Positions 1 through 9,101 of a stretch of DNA of 26,770 nucleotides are shown in pieces. The notes under the pieces are model-generated. The model was not told the DNA's origin, did not search any database, and worked only from the letters and a program-made list of their open reading frames with translations. Source of the DNA: a virus (taxonomy: Duplodnaviria; Caudoviricetes); the IMG/VR virus record IMGVR_UViG_3300009151_000314, positions 1 to 26,770 of that record. One strand, given 5' to 3'. The stretch's first letter is position 1; each line of letters starts with the position of its first letter. Both the position numbers and the translations under genes were made by a program.

Positions 1-554
1 AGAATGAAGAAGTCGAGCAAATCGCTGAAGGCGATACAATGCACACACATACTGCACATCTTTCAGATCCAGTATCCAACGAGTGGAAGGGCAAGATGCT
101 CATCGTTGCAGACAATGATGCAGACGCAATCAAACAAGCACAGTCAATGGCAAAAGCAGAAGGCCTCAAGCTAATGAAGGTCTCAAAGAATGTTGTTGTC
201 ATGAGCAACAAGGCCATTGGCGAAGAAGTCGTTGCAGAAGAAAAGATGTGCAAAATGCATGGCAAGTATGAAAGTAAGTCATGCACCAAGTGTATGACAG
301 AAGAAAAACAACTTTCACCAAAGCAAAAGAAAATTGCAGCGATTGCTGGTGATCCAACAAAGATTGATGCTGATGATTTTAAGAAACTTCGCAGCATGAA
401 AGAAGAGAAAGAACCTAAGCAAACTTCACATACAGCTGCTAATCGGTATCATGCTGTAGAAAGCGCTGTTCGTAATATCATGTCACAGAATCGTGATCTA
501 CGCACTGAAGCAAAAGAAGCCGAGTGGAATAAGAACAATCCCAAAAAAGATTAA
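1..554 (+). CDS. 5'-truncated Lys/Glu-rich internal virion protein (T4-like phage)
   Basis: The frame is open from the window edge (NEEVEQIAEGDT before the ATG at 39). It has repeated EE sites and an LSPKQKKI..D..KIDADDFKKLR motif typical of T4-like head-associated proteins. Confidence 0.6.
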   Translation, partial: NEEVEQIAEGDTMHTHTAHLSDPVSNEWKGKMLIVADNDADAIKQAQSMAKAEGLKLMKVSKNVVVMSNKAIGEEVVAEEKMCKMHGKYESKSCTKCMTEEKQLSPKQKKIAAIAGDPTKIDADDFKKLRSMKEEKEPKQTSHTAANRYHAVESAVRNIMSQNRDLRTEAKEAEWNKNNPKKD

Positions 555-564
555 GGATAAATAA

Positions 565-759
565 TTGGCAATCATTGCTAAAAACATTGTTATACTGAAT
601 AAACAGGAAGCAGTACCTTCAATTCGAACCAATGAACCGGTGAAAATGAAGGTATCTGCTGCCCCTGTGGTAAGAATTACAGCTAATGTTGCGGTTGTTA
701 GTCATCCAGACTTTGTAAATAAGTCTTCTGATTACGTAACTCATATGTTTCATAAATAA
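565..759 (+). CDS. hypothetical protein (64 aa)
   Basis: TTG start preceded by AAGGA; fills the gap between two structural genes. Confidence 0.55.
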   Translation: MAIIAKNIVILNKQEAVPSIRTNEPVKMKVSAAPVVRITANVAVVSHPDFVNKSSDYVTHMFHK

Positions 760-787
760 ATAAAATAAACCTTTCAAGGAGAAAGAC

Positions 788-2803
788 ATGCCATTATGGG
801 GAAGTAAAGATCAGGCTAATAACGCACCGAAGTGGAAACAAGGTACTATTAGTAAAGACAAAGTATACGCACAGACAGCTGCTGTAACCTCAGGTAGTGT
901 TACCTTCACACAAGGCAGCAATACCATCACCGTTGCATCTACGACTGGTATTGTTAATAACATGCGTATTAGTTCAAACACCGCTGCCGTCAAAGCAGGC
1001 CTTTCATCTGGTGCAGTAGTTGCCAATGTCATTAACAGCACAGCTGTTGTCATGACTAGCGCATACACAGGCACCACATTGTCTGGTACAGCAAACGTCA
1101 CATTCCAACAGAATTATGTCACTGGATATAATCTCTATCAAAACACCACACCAGACGCCTTCCAAAATGGCATGGTAACAGGTGTTTGGAGTTTAGGTAA
1201 TCTACCATCATATGTTGTAACAACAGCGAATACAATTGCTGGTAACAACTTCTTAACCAATCCTCCAACAGGTGGATTTGCTAATACACAAACTGGTGCG
1301 GTTACACAGGCAAGTGCGCTTCTAACAGGATTGACCTCAACAGCAAATATTGTTATCGGTCATGCAATCTACTCAACTGCCGCTAATACAACAGGCGGAT
1401 CACCTGTCTGGGCAAACAATGTATCAGTTGCCAACGTAGTTAACTCAACAGCTGTTTTGTTGTCAGCAGTATCAACATTGACCAATGCATCAGCAGCGTT
1501 CTACTTCTCAAACATCATGCCAGGTATGGTTGTTTCAGGAAACGGACTTAGCACAATCAATGCACCAAATACAGCGGTTGCAGTATTCAGCGGTACCATC
1601 TCAAATGGCACCATTGGACAAACAGGTAACACGCTAAACATTACAACATACACTTCAGGTGCACCATTGGTTATTGGGCAGCAGCTTAAGGCTAATGCAA
1701 CAATTGGTATTTCAAATGGCGTGTACATCACATCATTCGGTACAGGCACAGGTACAACCGGAACATACGGTGTAAGTGCAAATCTTATTGCTAACGGCGC
1801 TGCAGGTGCAGTTGTTGTAGTAAATACAATCGTACCATCTGTAGTATCAACTAACGCTACGGTTGTGATTCTATCAAGCAATGCGTATGCAACAGGATCA
1901 TATGTTGCCAATACAGTATCGTTCTCATCTTATGAGAAGGCAACCTTTGGTCGCAGCTTGTCATCTGGTTGGGAACTCATTAAGTACGGCACCGGGCCTG
2001 TTAATGCCTTCACTGTTAATACAACAGCCACATCAGCGTATGCCAATGGAGAAACAATCATTATCTCTGGCGGATCTGCTAATGCATTAGGCACTGTCAC
2101 AACAAATGGTACAAGTAACGTGACTTCTGTTGCAGTGACTTATGGTGGGTATGGCTTCTCTAACGTGGGCACAACATCAACGACCTATAGCAGACAGTTG
2201 CATCTTGCAAACGTCACAGCGACAGGTACACCATCAGGGTATGTTATTGGTGATAAGGTAACAGTAACTTGTACGTTTGCTCTTGCAAGCTTCACAGGTG
2301 TTGTTTCTGGTAACATTCTAACTGCATCAAGCGTAACAGGTACAATCACTGTTGGCAACTTGATCACAGGAACAGGTGTTGCTGCTAATACACAGATCCT
2401 TGCTCAGCTAACAGGCACAGCAGGCGGTGCAGGTACGTATGCAGTAGGCGGCAATCAAACAGTTGCAAGTGCATCAATGACTTCAACAGGTCAGATTGTA
2501 GCGGCAGTTGCTAACCTTACAAGCGCCTCAGTTGCAAATAGTGTCATTACATTGACTAATGTCGGCTTGTTCACAAGCGGGTTGACAACAGCCAATCTAG
2601 TGCTTACTTACGCCAACTCAACAGGTGGCACAGGCACTGGGTCAGGAATTACATTTGCAGGGTCCTTCGCAAGTGCAAGTTCTGGTAACGCAGTGAATCC
2701 TACACTAGGTGGTAAATCTGGTCGTATATATACTGAGACACTTGTTGCGATAAACCCATCAACTGAGAATGGTAACGATAACGCAACGTTCCCTAATTCA
2801 TAA
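788..2803 (+). CDS. Thr/Gly/Asn-rich virion structural (fibre/decoration-like) protein
   Basis: AAGGAG RBS. Starts MPLWG and ends GGKSGRIYTETLVA, termini seen in T4-like virion proteins. Beta-rich composition with internal repeats; CATAAATA late-promoter-like box at 751-758. Confidence 0.7.
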   Translation: MPLWGSKDQANNAPKWKQGTISKDKVYAQTAAVTSGSVTFTQGSNTITVASTTGIVNNMRISSNTAAVKAGLSSGAVVANVINSTAVVMTSAYTGTTLSGTANVTFQQNYVTGYNLYQNTTPDAFQNGMVTGVWSLGNLPSYVVTTANTIAGNNFLTNPPTGGFANTQTGAVTQASALLTGLTSTANIVIGHAIYSTAANTTGGSPVWANNVSVANVVNSTAVLLSAVSTLTNASAAFYFSNIMPGMVVSGNGLSTINAPNTAVAVFSGTISNGTIGQTGNTLNITTYTSGAPLVIGQQLKANATIGISNGVYITSFGTGTGTTGTYGVSANLIANGAAGAVVVVNTIVPSVVSTNATVVILSSNAYATGSYVANTVSFSSYEKATFGRSLSSGWELIKYGTGPVNAFTVNTTATSAYANGETIIISGGSANALGTVTTNGTSNVTSVAVTYGGYGFSNVGTTSTTYSRQLHLANVTATGTPSGYVIGDKVTVTCTFALASFTGVVSGNILTASSVTGTITVGNLITGTGVAANTQILAQLTGTAGGAGTYAVGGNQTVASASMTSTGQIVAAVANLTSASVANSVITLTNVGLFTSGLTTANLVLTYANSTGGTGTGSGITFAGSFASASSGNAVNPTLGGKSGRIYTETLVAINPSTENGNDNATFPNS

Positions 2804-2823
2804 TATAAAATAGGTAGTTTACT

Positions 2824-3786
2824 ATGGCGACCGGACCAAAAACCTTAAGTCAGTTACCTATAGCAAGTAGCATAGCTGGATCTGATAGAATTCTCGTTCT
2901 GTCAAATCCAGCGACTGTTCCAAACACAGTTACTGTTACAGCCAACGCATTTGCCGCAAGTATTGCCGCACAAATGCCTATAGCAAATACGTTGTCAGCA
3001 GGTGTTGTTATTGTGGGTAATACGCTCACAGTAAATGTGACAGGCGGCATTCAAGTCAATACAAATTTGCTACTAACCAATCTTGTTGTTAATACAATTA
3101 CAACAACAACAGGTTCTAGTGCTAACTTAACATTTGATCCTGATGGTGCTGGCGATGTTGTTTTCTCATCGGCAACTGAAGTTTTTTCGCTTAGCACTGT
3201 TGCTGCATCGAATACAACAACAGGATCTATAGTTGTTTATGGCGGCATTGCAGTTAACAACAACATCATTGTAGGCAACTAAGTTACAGTAAATACTGCA
3301 GTCGTCGCTAATGCCACTGGTGTATGGACAACAGGCACAGTCAACGCTGCTACAATTCAGGCGTCTGCAACATTCACTGCTAATGCTACCCTTGTTAATG
3401 CAGCGGCATTAAATATTACAGGTCAAGTTAATACAGCTACGCTCTATGCTGCAACAAGTGCTAATATTGCATTATTTGTTGCTAATAGCACGGCACTTAC
3501 CTTTACACCTAACACATATAACTTTGGTTCAAACTCTGTTACTGCTAATGGATACGTGTATCTACCTGGCGGCACAAAAATGCAGTGGGGATCATTGCTG
3601 GTTAATACAACAACAGCAGCGCAAACATGGCCTGTTGCATATACTACAAATGTCTACAGCATTACAGCAACGTCAAATACCATTGGGACTAACGTTGCAA
3701 TTACAACAGCGAATAGCACAAAGTTTACAGTTATTACAGGTACCACGGCAAACGTATTAGTATATTGGACTGCAGTAGGAACCTAA
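2824..3786 (+). pseudogene. tail-fibre-like gene with gp53-like C-terminal domain, interrupted by one in-frame TAA (3280-3282)
   Basis: ORFs 2824-3282 and 3556-3786 share a frame. The sequence between them is open and similar in composition (VTVNTAVVANATGVW...). The C-terminus GYVYLPGGTKMQWG...VYWTAVG is a typical fibre-tip domain. Confidence 0.7.
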
Positions 3787-3798
3787 GATAGAATAATA

Positions 3799-4191
3799 AT
3801 GTACGAAAAACTTGATGAAACCAACTTTTTATTATACGCAGCCAAACATTATACAAATTCAGAATGTTACGATACTATTGAATTTTACGATGATCTAAAA
3901 CGCTTTAAGTATCTAAAACGCCTGTTTAATATCTACGTTGAAACAGGCGATCTTAAAGAACAACTCATTCTCAATCATATTGTAATCCTCTACAATATCT
4001 TCGGCGTAATACCCACTACCCGAATGTTATTCTTTAAGTTATTCGACTATAAAGAAATGCTTATACCCTTTCTAGATCTACTCAACTATCTTCCTGATAC
4101 AGTGCATAATATTGGTCTAAAAAGTAATACAATAAATACTTATGATATTATTTCAGATCCTATTATAGCAGAGAAGTTGAGTAACATCTAA
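3799..4191 (+). CDS. conserved T4-like phage hypothetical protein
   Basis: NFLLYAAKHY..EFYDDLKRFKYLKRL..LILNHIVILYNIFG signature, recalled from marine/freshwater T4-like phages. Confidence 0.75.
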   Translation: MYEKLDETNFLLYAAKHYTNSECYDTIEFYDDLKRFKYLKRLFNIYVETGDLKEQLILNHIVILYNIFGVIPTTRMLFFKLFDYKEMLIPFLDLLNYLPDTVHNIGLKSNTINTYDIISDPIIAEKLSNI

Positions 4192-4844
4192 TGTCAACCA
4201 AACGCTTTACAACAAAAATGAAGCCTTTTAAGCAATTTCATTCTGAAATGAAAAATGATCCTTGCTGGACAGGATACAAGATGATCGGCAAGAAAATGAA
4301 GAATGGCAAGTCAGTGCCTAATTGTGTTCCTGTCAAAGAAGAATACGAAGATGCATATCTCTTAGCTGAAAAGACAGTCGCGGATTCTATCAAGAGTCAT
4401 CCAGCAGTTGAATACTATGGGGGTAACGACGATCATCATATGATTAATTTAAAACCTGGGTATATTCATTCAGGTCTTGAGCAACATAGTTTTTCTAATG
4501 ACAATGTACGTAAGGCAAAAAAAGAATTAGAAGATGTTAAAAAGTGCGACTGCCCTAGTTGCAAAAGCTGCAATGAAGAAGTTCTCATTGAGCGTGGAGC
4601 AGATAGTAAGGGATATTATCGTTCTACAGAACAGGGTGCAGGACTGACTCCAAAGGGGGCTAAGCACTTCGGAATCAAGACCGCGGTTACTACACCCCCT
4701 TCCAAATTAAAACCCGGATCTAAGGCAGCAAAGCGTCGTAAGTCATTCTGCGCTCGTATGGGTGGTATGCCTGGTCCTATGAAAGATGATAAGGGTCGAC
4801 CAACTCGTAAAGCCATGTCATTACGTCGCTGGAATTGTAACTGA
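4191..4844 (+). CDS. internal head protein, DUF6321-like (possible true start 4218)
   Basis: MKPFKQFHSE capsid-targeting-like peptide; PCW.GY...PNCV motif; C-terminal RRKSFCARMGG...SLRRWNC. Confidence 0.7.
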   Translation: MSTKRFTTKMKPFKQFHSEMKNDPCWTGYKMIGKKMKNGKSVPNCVPVKEEYEDAYLLAEKTVADSIKSHPAVEYYGGNDDHHMINLKPGYIHSGLEQHSFSNDNVRKAKKELEDVKKCDCPSCKSCNEEVLIERGADSKGYYRSTEQGAGLTPKGAKHFGIKTAVTTPPSKLKPGSKAAKRRKSFCARMGGMPGPMKDDKGRPTRKAMSLRRWNCN

Positions 4845-4853
4845 GGAATAGTA

Positions 4854-5999
4854 ATGCTAACATTTACACAATATTTAATTGTCGAATCTGATAATATGAA
4901 AGGAAAGCAAGGTCCTGATGGCAAAGCCAGTGGACATGTTAAGAACTATATTTTGCCATTTCTTTCTGCTGCGGGTAAAAAGAAAACAATAGATTCTACT
5001 AATGGATCAGTTCGAGGTACTACACCTGGCAATGGTGAACACCATGATCCTAATGCTAAATACACTCACGAATTGCATACTGCAGTAGGAAATCATCCTG
5101 CTGGAACAAAAGTTAAAGTTAATCATGTTTCTCAAGACAAAGAAGGAGTCTTCCATGCTCATACAGAAAAACATGGAACATTCCCAATTAGCAAACTCAA
5201 GAAACCTAAGTCTTTAAAGAGAGAACAAGCTGGAAGAGAAGGGTTTGAAGTTGAAAAAACAATCTCAAATCACTTAGGCACAACAAGTGCTGGTCCGGCG
5301 TCTAAAGGATACGACTTCTCATACAATGGCGGTAAAAAAGGAAACCCTGTTGTTCGCGGTGCTGCAAAAGAAACAGAGCCACAAAAGAAAACATACAAAG
5401 GTAAAGACAGACCAGACGTTCGCGGTGAGTCGAAATTAAGGAAAGGCAAATTTGGACAGTCAACTCTAGTTCACCATCCAAAAAAAGGATGGAGTCTAGG
5501 TGGTAATCCTGCAATGCATGGTGCATTTAAGAGAGCAACTGTAACTGGACCAGATGGTCGCAAAAGAAGTTTAATTGCTCACTTAAACATGCATCACCCA
5601 CATGGTGAGATTGAGAAAGGATTCTCAACGGATGCTGCTCAGGGTACAGCTGAACATTATTTAAACCAAAGTGAAATTAATACACTTCATGTTCACGATA
5701 AAGACAAGGGTAGAGGCACAACATACACTGTTGGTAACACTTCCTTAAGAAATAAAACCCACTTAAGTCATTTAGATAGCAGTGATCTGCACAAATTAGA
5801 TGGCAAATTGCACATCGATAGCACATCAGGAAAACAAAAGGGCAAAGCTGCTATTGTACACAGGCCAAATCAAACAATAATGAGAGATCTTGCTTCTAGA
5901 CAAGAACGTGACCCAGAAAATCATGGCGATCTAACCGATCCTTCTCATGCAGCAAGATTTAAAGCTGCTGTTGATAAACACATAAATGAAAAACCATAA
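4854..5999 (+). CDS. His/Lys-rich putative virion-packaged protein with a PD-(D/E)xK-like motif
   Basis: N-terminus MLTFTQYLIVE; GFEVEK...GYDFSY...GESKL...FGQ pattern. Confidence 0.55.
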   Translation: MLTFTQYLIVESDNMKGKQGPDGKASGHVKNYILPFLSAAGKKKTIDSTNGSVRGTTPGNGEHHDPNAKYTHELHTAVGNHPAGTKVKVNHVSQDKEGVFHAHTEKHGTFPISKLKKPKSLKREQAGREGFEVEKTISNHLGTTSAGPASKGYDFSYNGGKKGNPVVRGAAKETEPQKKTYKGKDRPDVRGESKLRKGKFGQSTLVHHPKKGWSLGGNPAMHGAFKRATVTGPDGRKRSLIAHLNMHHPHGEIEKGFSTDAAQGTAEHYLNQSEINTLHVHDKDKGRGTTYTVGNTSLRNKTHLSHLDSSDLHKLDGKLHIDSTSGKQKGKAAIVHRPNQTIMRDLASRQERDPENHGDLTDPSHAARFKAAVDKHINEKP

Positions 6000-6007
6000 T
6001 TGCAACA

Positions 6008-6211
6008 ATGAAAACATTGAAGCAGTTTCTTTCAAAACATACTATGTGTGGTACACCTGAATGCTGTGGACAATGTAGTCAAACAGAAGCAAACAATTTA
6101 GATCTTACTGATCTCAATGAACCCATTGCTAATTTAAAAAAGAAACAAAAACAAACTATAGACAAAACTGATACAGGTCTTCCTGGTCAAGAAATACGGG
6201 TGCAACGATGA
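6008..6211 (+). CDS. small internal head protein with CGTPECCGQC motif
   Basis: MKTLKQFL N-terminus; Cys cluster; ATGA overlap with the next gene. Confidence 0.6.
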   Translation: MKTLKQFLSKHTMCGTPECCGQCSQTEANNLDLTDLNEPIANLKKKQKQTIDKTDTGLPGQEIRVQR

Positions 6212-6585
6212 AAACATTTAAAACACTAATGACTGAACTTAGCAAAACTACTTTAAAGTCATACGTAGAAAGGGGTATCAAAGAAAAAACACCTCCGCAC
6301 AAAGCACTACAACGTGCTGCGGGTCTATGGAAAGCATCAAGAAAAATTACACAAAAGACTTTTGCTACTGAAGACGGTGCACCTGCAGGTGCTGGGGCTG
6401 CTCCAACAAATGTCTCTGGTGGATTAGCAAGTATTAAAAATCCTGATGGCACCGTAGCATCACCTCCTGTTTCTAAAAAGAAACAAAAGACATATCAGCA
6501 AAAGAATGTTGCAGCAGAAAAAGAATACACAAACGGCATTGCATCCAAACTAAGAAAAGTCATGGGTGGGATTAATGTTTCATAA
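6208..6585 (+). CDS. internal head protein
   Basis: MKTFKTLMTE N-terminus; ELSKTTLKSY and EDG..APTN motifs. Confidence 0.6.
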   Translation: MKTFKTLMTELSKTTLKSYVERGIKEKTPPHKALQRAAGLWKASRKITQKTFATEDGAPAGAGAAPTNVSGGLASIKNPDGTVASPPVSKKKQKTYQQKNVAAEKEYTNGIASKLRKVMGGINVS

Positions 6586-6904
6586 TTTCTTCATCAAGGG
6601 AGCGTTGGCCTCTGTGCTTCTTATTGCAGTCGTCACTGGCAAGTGTCATGGCGATCATGAAGCAAAACTGCAGGCACAGCTTGACGCTAAGACAATTGAA
6701 TTTAACAACATGAAAAAACAAGTTGAGAACACTAACAAAGTTGTTGCTCAAGTAGAAGAGAAGAAAGAAAAGCAAATAGTTATTGTAACTAAAGCAAAAG
6801 AAGTTGTACAACATGAAATTAAATACGTCAATACTGATTGTAGCATTACTGATGACACTATCGGCGTGCTCAACAACGTCAGAAAAGCCAATACTAATAA
6901 ATAA
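6575..6904 (+). CDS. i-spanin (Rz-like)
   Basis: N-terminal hydrophobic anchor, periplasmic coiled coil and late Cys (NTDCSI); overlaps a lipoprotein gene in another frame. Confidence 0.7.
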   Translation: MFHNFFIKGALASVLLIAVVTGKCHGDHEAKLQAQLDAKTIEFNNMKKQVENTNKVVAQVEEKKEKQIVIVTKAKEVVQHEIKYVNTDCSITDDTIGVLNNVRKANTNK

Positions 6905-7079
6905 AGAATGTGTGCCGCCGCAAGAAGTTGCGACGAAGCATTCCGATCTGCCTACATTATCTGCACCAATGACTGAGAAGCAAATGCTAGATCAGTGGAT
7001 TGATGACATGCAAGCATATAATACATTAAATATAGAACACAGTGCATTGATAGACTGGGTTAATAAATACTGCAAATAG
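6813..7079 (+). CDS. o-spanin lipoprotein (Rz1-like)
   Basis: Signal peptide MKLNTSILIVALLMTLSA-C with lipobox; Pro-rich with extra Cys; overlaps the 3' end of the i-spanin gene. Confidence 0.75.
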   Translation: MKLNTSILIVALLMTLSACSTTSEKPILINKECVPPQEVATKHSDLPTLSAPMTEKQMLDQWIDDMQAYNTLNIEHSALIDWVNKYCK

Positions 7080-7087
7080 GATAATGT

Positions 7088-7558
7088 ATGTCAGAACAAG
7101 TAGAAACCCGGGTTGCGATACTAGAACGAGATGTCAATATGATGTCTGGGTTCTTTGATCGTTTGGATTCTACTATGGAGAAGTTGACTGATATATCTTC
7201 TTCAATAAAAGAATTGCTCGCTGTTCATGAGACCAAAATTAATTTGCATAGTGAAATAGATCAAGAAATATTTACACTAATTGAAAATCGCCGCATAGCA
7301 TCTGAAGCCCAACATCTTGCCATACAAGCAAAAATAGTAGAATCAGAAAAAGAGCTAAAACAAGATATGGACGACTTTCAAAAATCTATTTTAAGCGAAA
7401 TGAAAGAACTTAGAAAAGAACTTAAAGATTATCACAGCGTTTCACAAAAAACTCGTAGTGAAGTTGTTTTACTAAAATACGGGTTATACGCTAGCGCAAT
7501 CGTTGCTATTTTTATTCTTTATAAAGTAGGAATCATTCCAAGTTTCATTATTCCATAA
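7088..7558 (+). CDS. coiled-coil protein with C-terminal TM helix (possible holin)
   Basis: RLD..EKL..I...LAVHE motif; C-terminal hydrophobic helix; lies next to the spanins. Confidence 0.55.
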   Translation: MSEQVETRVAILERDVNMMSGFFDRLDSTMEKLTDISSSIKELLAVHETKINLHSEIDQEIFTLIENRRIASEAQHLAIQAKIVESEKELKQDMDDFQKSILSEMKELRKELKDYHSVSQKTRSEVVLLKYGLYASAIVAIFILYKVGIIPSFIIP

Positions 7559-7564
7559 TATCGG

Positions 7565-7592
7565 TTGACAATTTCTAAAAACTTGTTATAAT
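7565..7592 (+). promoter_or_regulatory. sigma70-type promoter for primase
   Basis: TTGACA (7565-70), 16 nt, TATAAT (7587-92), with an extended -10 TG. Confidence 0.7.
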
Positions 7593-7621
7593 CAGTATGT
7601 CGGATTTATAATGAGTATATA

Positions 7622-8674
7622 ATGTCTAATCCATGGATTGATGTGAAGTATGCTAACCTGTTATCAGGGAAGCTTCAACAATTTAAAATCAAAAAGAGTA
7701 TGCCTTATCTGGCAAACTGCAGATGTCCTATCTGTGGTGACTCTCAAAAAAATAAATTAAAAGCCCGCGGATATCTCTTTCAGCATAAAAATGAAATGGC
7801 CTACAAGTGTCATAACTGTGGGTTTGCTGCACCCTTTGGCAAGTTTTTAAAACAACTCGATACGTATCTCTATGATGAGTATACTCGAGAACATTATCTT
7901 AACAAGCCTATGCACTCTAACAGCATCAATGTTACTGTGCAACAAAATGTTAAACCAGATATCACTAATGCGTCACCTCCGCGGTTCCTTGCTGCAGGAT
8001 CCCCACTAAGACAACTCAAAAAGATATCTCAATTGACTTGGGATCATCCTGCCAAGCAATATATTATTAATAGAAAAATTGATAACCCATGGCATGCAAA
8101 GTTATTCTATGCACCAAAGTTTGCTGCTTGGACGAATAGTATCATACCAGACAAGCTTATTGCAACTCGTGATGAGCCTCGGCTTATCATACCCTTTCTA
8201 AAAGAAGATAAGACGTTGTTTGGGTATCAGGGTCGGTCATTTGATCCTAACTCAAAGTTACGATATATTACGATAATGATTGAAGATTATCCTAAGATCT
8301 TTGGGCTGGACACGGTAAATAAAGATACACGCTGTTACGTGTTTGAGGGACCTATAGACTCGATGTTTATACCCAACAGCATTGCTATGGCTGGCGCTGA
8401 TATCAGATTAGATTCTTCTTTTAAAGATCCAGTCTTCATCTTTGATAACGAGCCAAGAAACAAAGAAATTGTAAAGCGGATTGACAAACATATCGATATG
8501 CACTATAATATCGTTATATGGGATGACTCATTCAATGGCAAAGATGTGAATGAGATGATTTTAAACGGCGCAGATGCCGAGCATATAAAAATAGTAATTG
8601 ACAAGAGAACTTTTAAAGGTCTCGAAGCAAAGGTTGAACTTAACAAATGGAAAAGGTGTAATGAATATTACTGA
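7622..8674 (+). CDS. 61: DNA primase (T4 gp61)
   Basis: Zn finger CPICGDSQKNK.KARG...CHNCG; RLIIPF, GYQGR and RYIT motifs; TOPRIM EGPIDS, DNEPRN and KDVN. Confidence 0.97.
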   Translation: MSNPWIDVKYANLLSGKLQQFKIKKSMPYLANCRCPICGDSQKNKLKARGYLFQHKNEMAYKCHNCGFAAPFGKFLKQLDTYLYDEYTREHYLNKPMHSNSINVTVQQNVKPDITNASPPRFLAAGSPLRQLKKISQLTWDHPAKQYIINRKIDNPWHAKLFYAPKFAAWTNSIIPDKLIATRDEPRLIIPFLKEDKTLFGYQGRSFDPNSKLRYITIMIEDYPKIFGLDTVNKDTRCYVFEGPIDSMFIPNSIAMAGADIRLDSSFKDPVFIFDNEPRNKEIVKRIDKHIDMHYNIVIWDDSFNGKDVNEMILNGADAEHIKIVIDKRTFKGLEAKVELNKWKRCNEYY

Positions 8675-8897
8675 TGATGAATTGATTTCTTTACAAACTG
8701 CTTGTATTGAATTTTCTACTAAGATGGTTTCAAAGTATGAAGAAGCACTAGCAGTGTCAGGTGCCATGCTAAACACTGCGATGTCTATATATCGTACAGT
8801 TCTTTCAGAAGATGATTATGAACATTTTTGTAAAATGATTTATGAAACTAGGTCAAGAATTCGAACATTCGATACCCCACGAGAATTATTAAATTGA
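8661..8897 (+). CDS. hypothetical protein (start MNITDD)
   Basis: AAGGTG RBS before ATG 8661; helical phage protein. Confidence 0.6.
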   Translation: MNITDDELISLQTACIEFSTKMVSKYEEALAVSGAMLNTAMSIYRTVLSEDDYEHFCKMIYETRSRIRTFDTPRELLN

Positions 8898-8918
8898 ATA
8901 AGATAAAGGTGAATACAA

Positions 8919-9101
8919 ATGGCAAATAGATCAGATTTTAATTCGGTGTTTCCTCGCCATATGAAGCGTATGTGGACATTAACTAATCACAAAGATGCTC
9001 ATGAGGCTGGGGAAATGAAGCGGCTAATGATCGAAGCACACAAAGTATACAAAGCATTTAAAAATACAAAGCGCACACTGATGAAAGATTCTGCTGAGTA
9101 A
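8919..9101 (+). CDS. hypothetical protein
   Basis: AAAGGTG RBS; 60-aa basic helical protein. Confidence 0.65.
   Translation: MANRSDFNSVFPRHMKRMWTLTNHKDAHEAGEMKRLMIEAHKVYKAFKNTKRTLMKDSAE

Noticed and set aside
3280-3282. Alternative genetic code (stop reassignment)
   Set aside because: TAA, TAG and TGA all terminate clearly conserved genes in this window, and only one internal stop was seen.
788-3786. N-glycosylation sequon enrichment in fibre proteins
   Set aside because: The many N-x-S/T sites are roughly what the very high Asn/Ser/Thr content would produce by chance.
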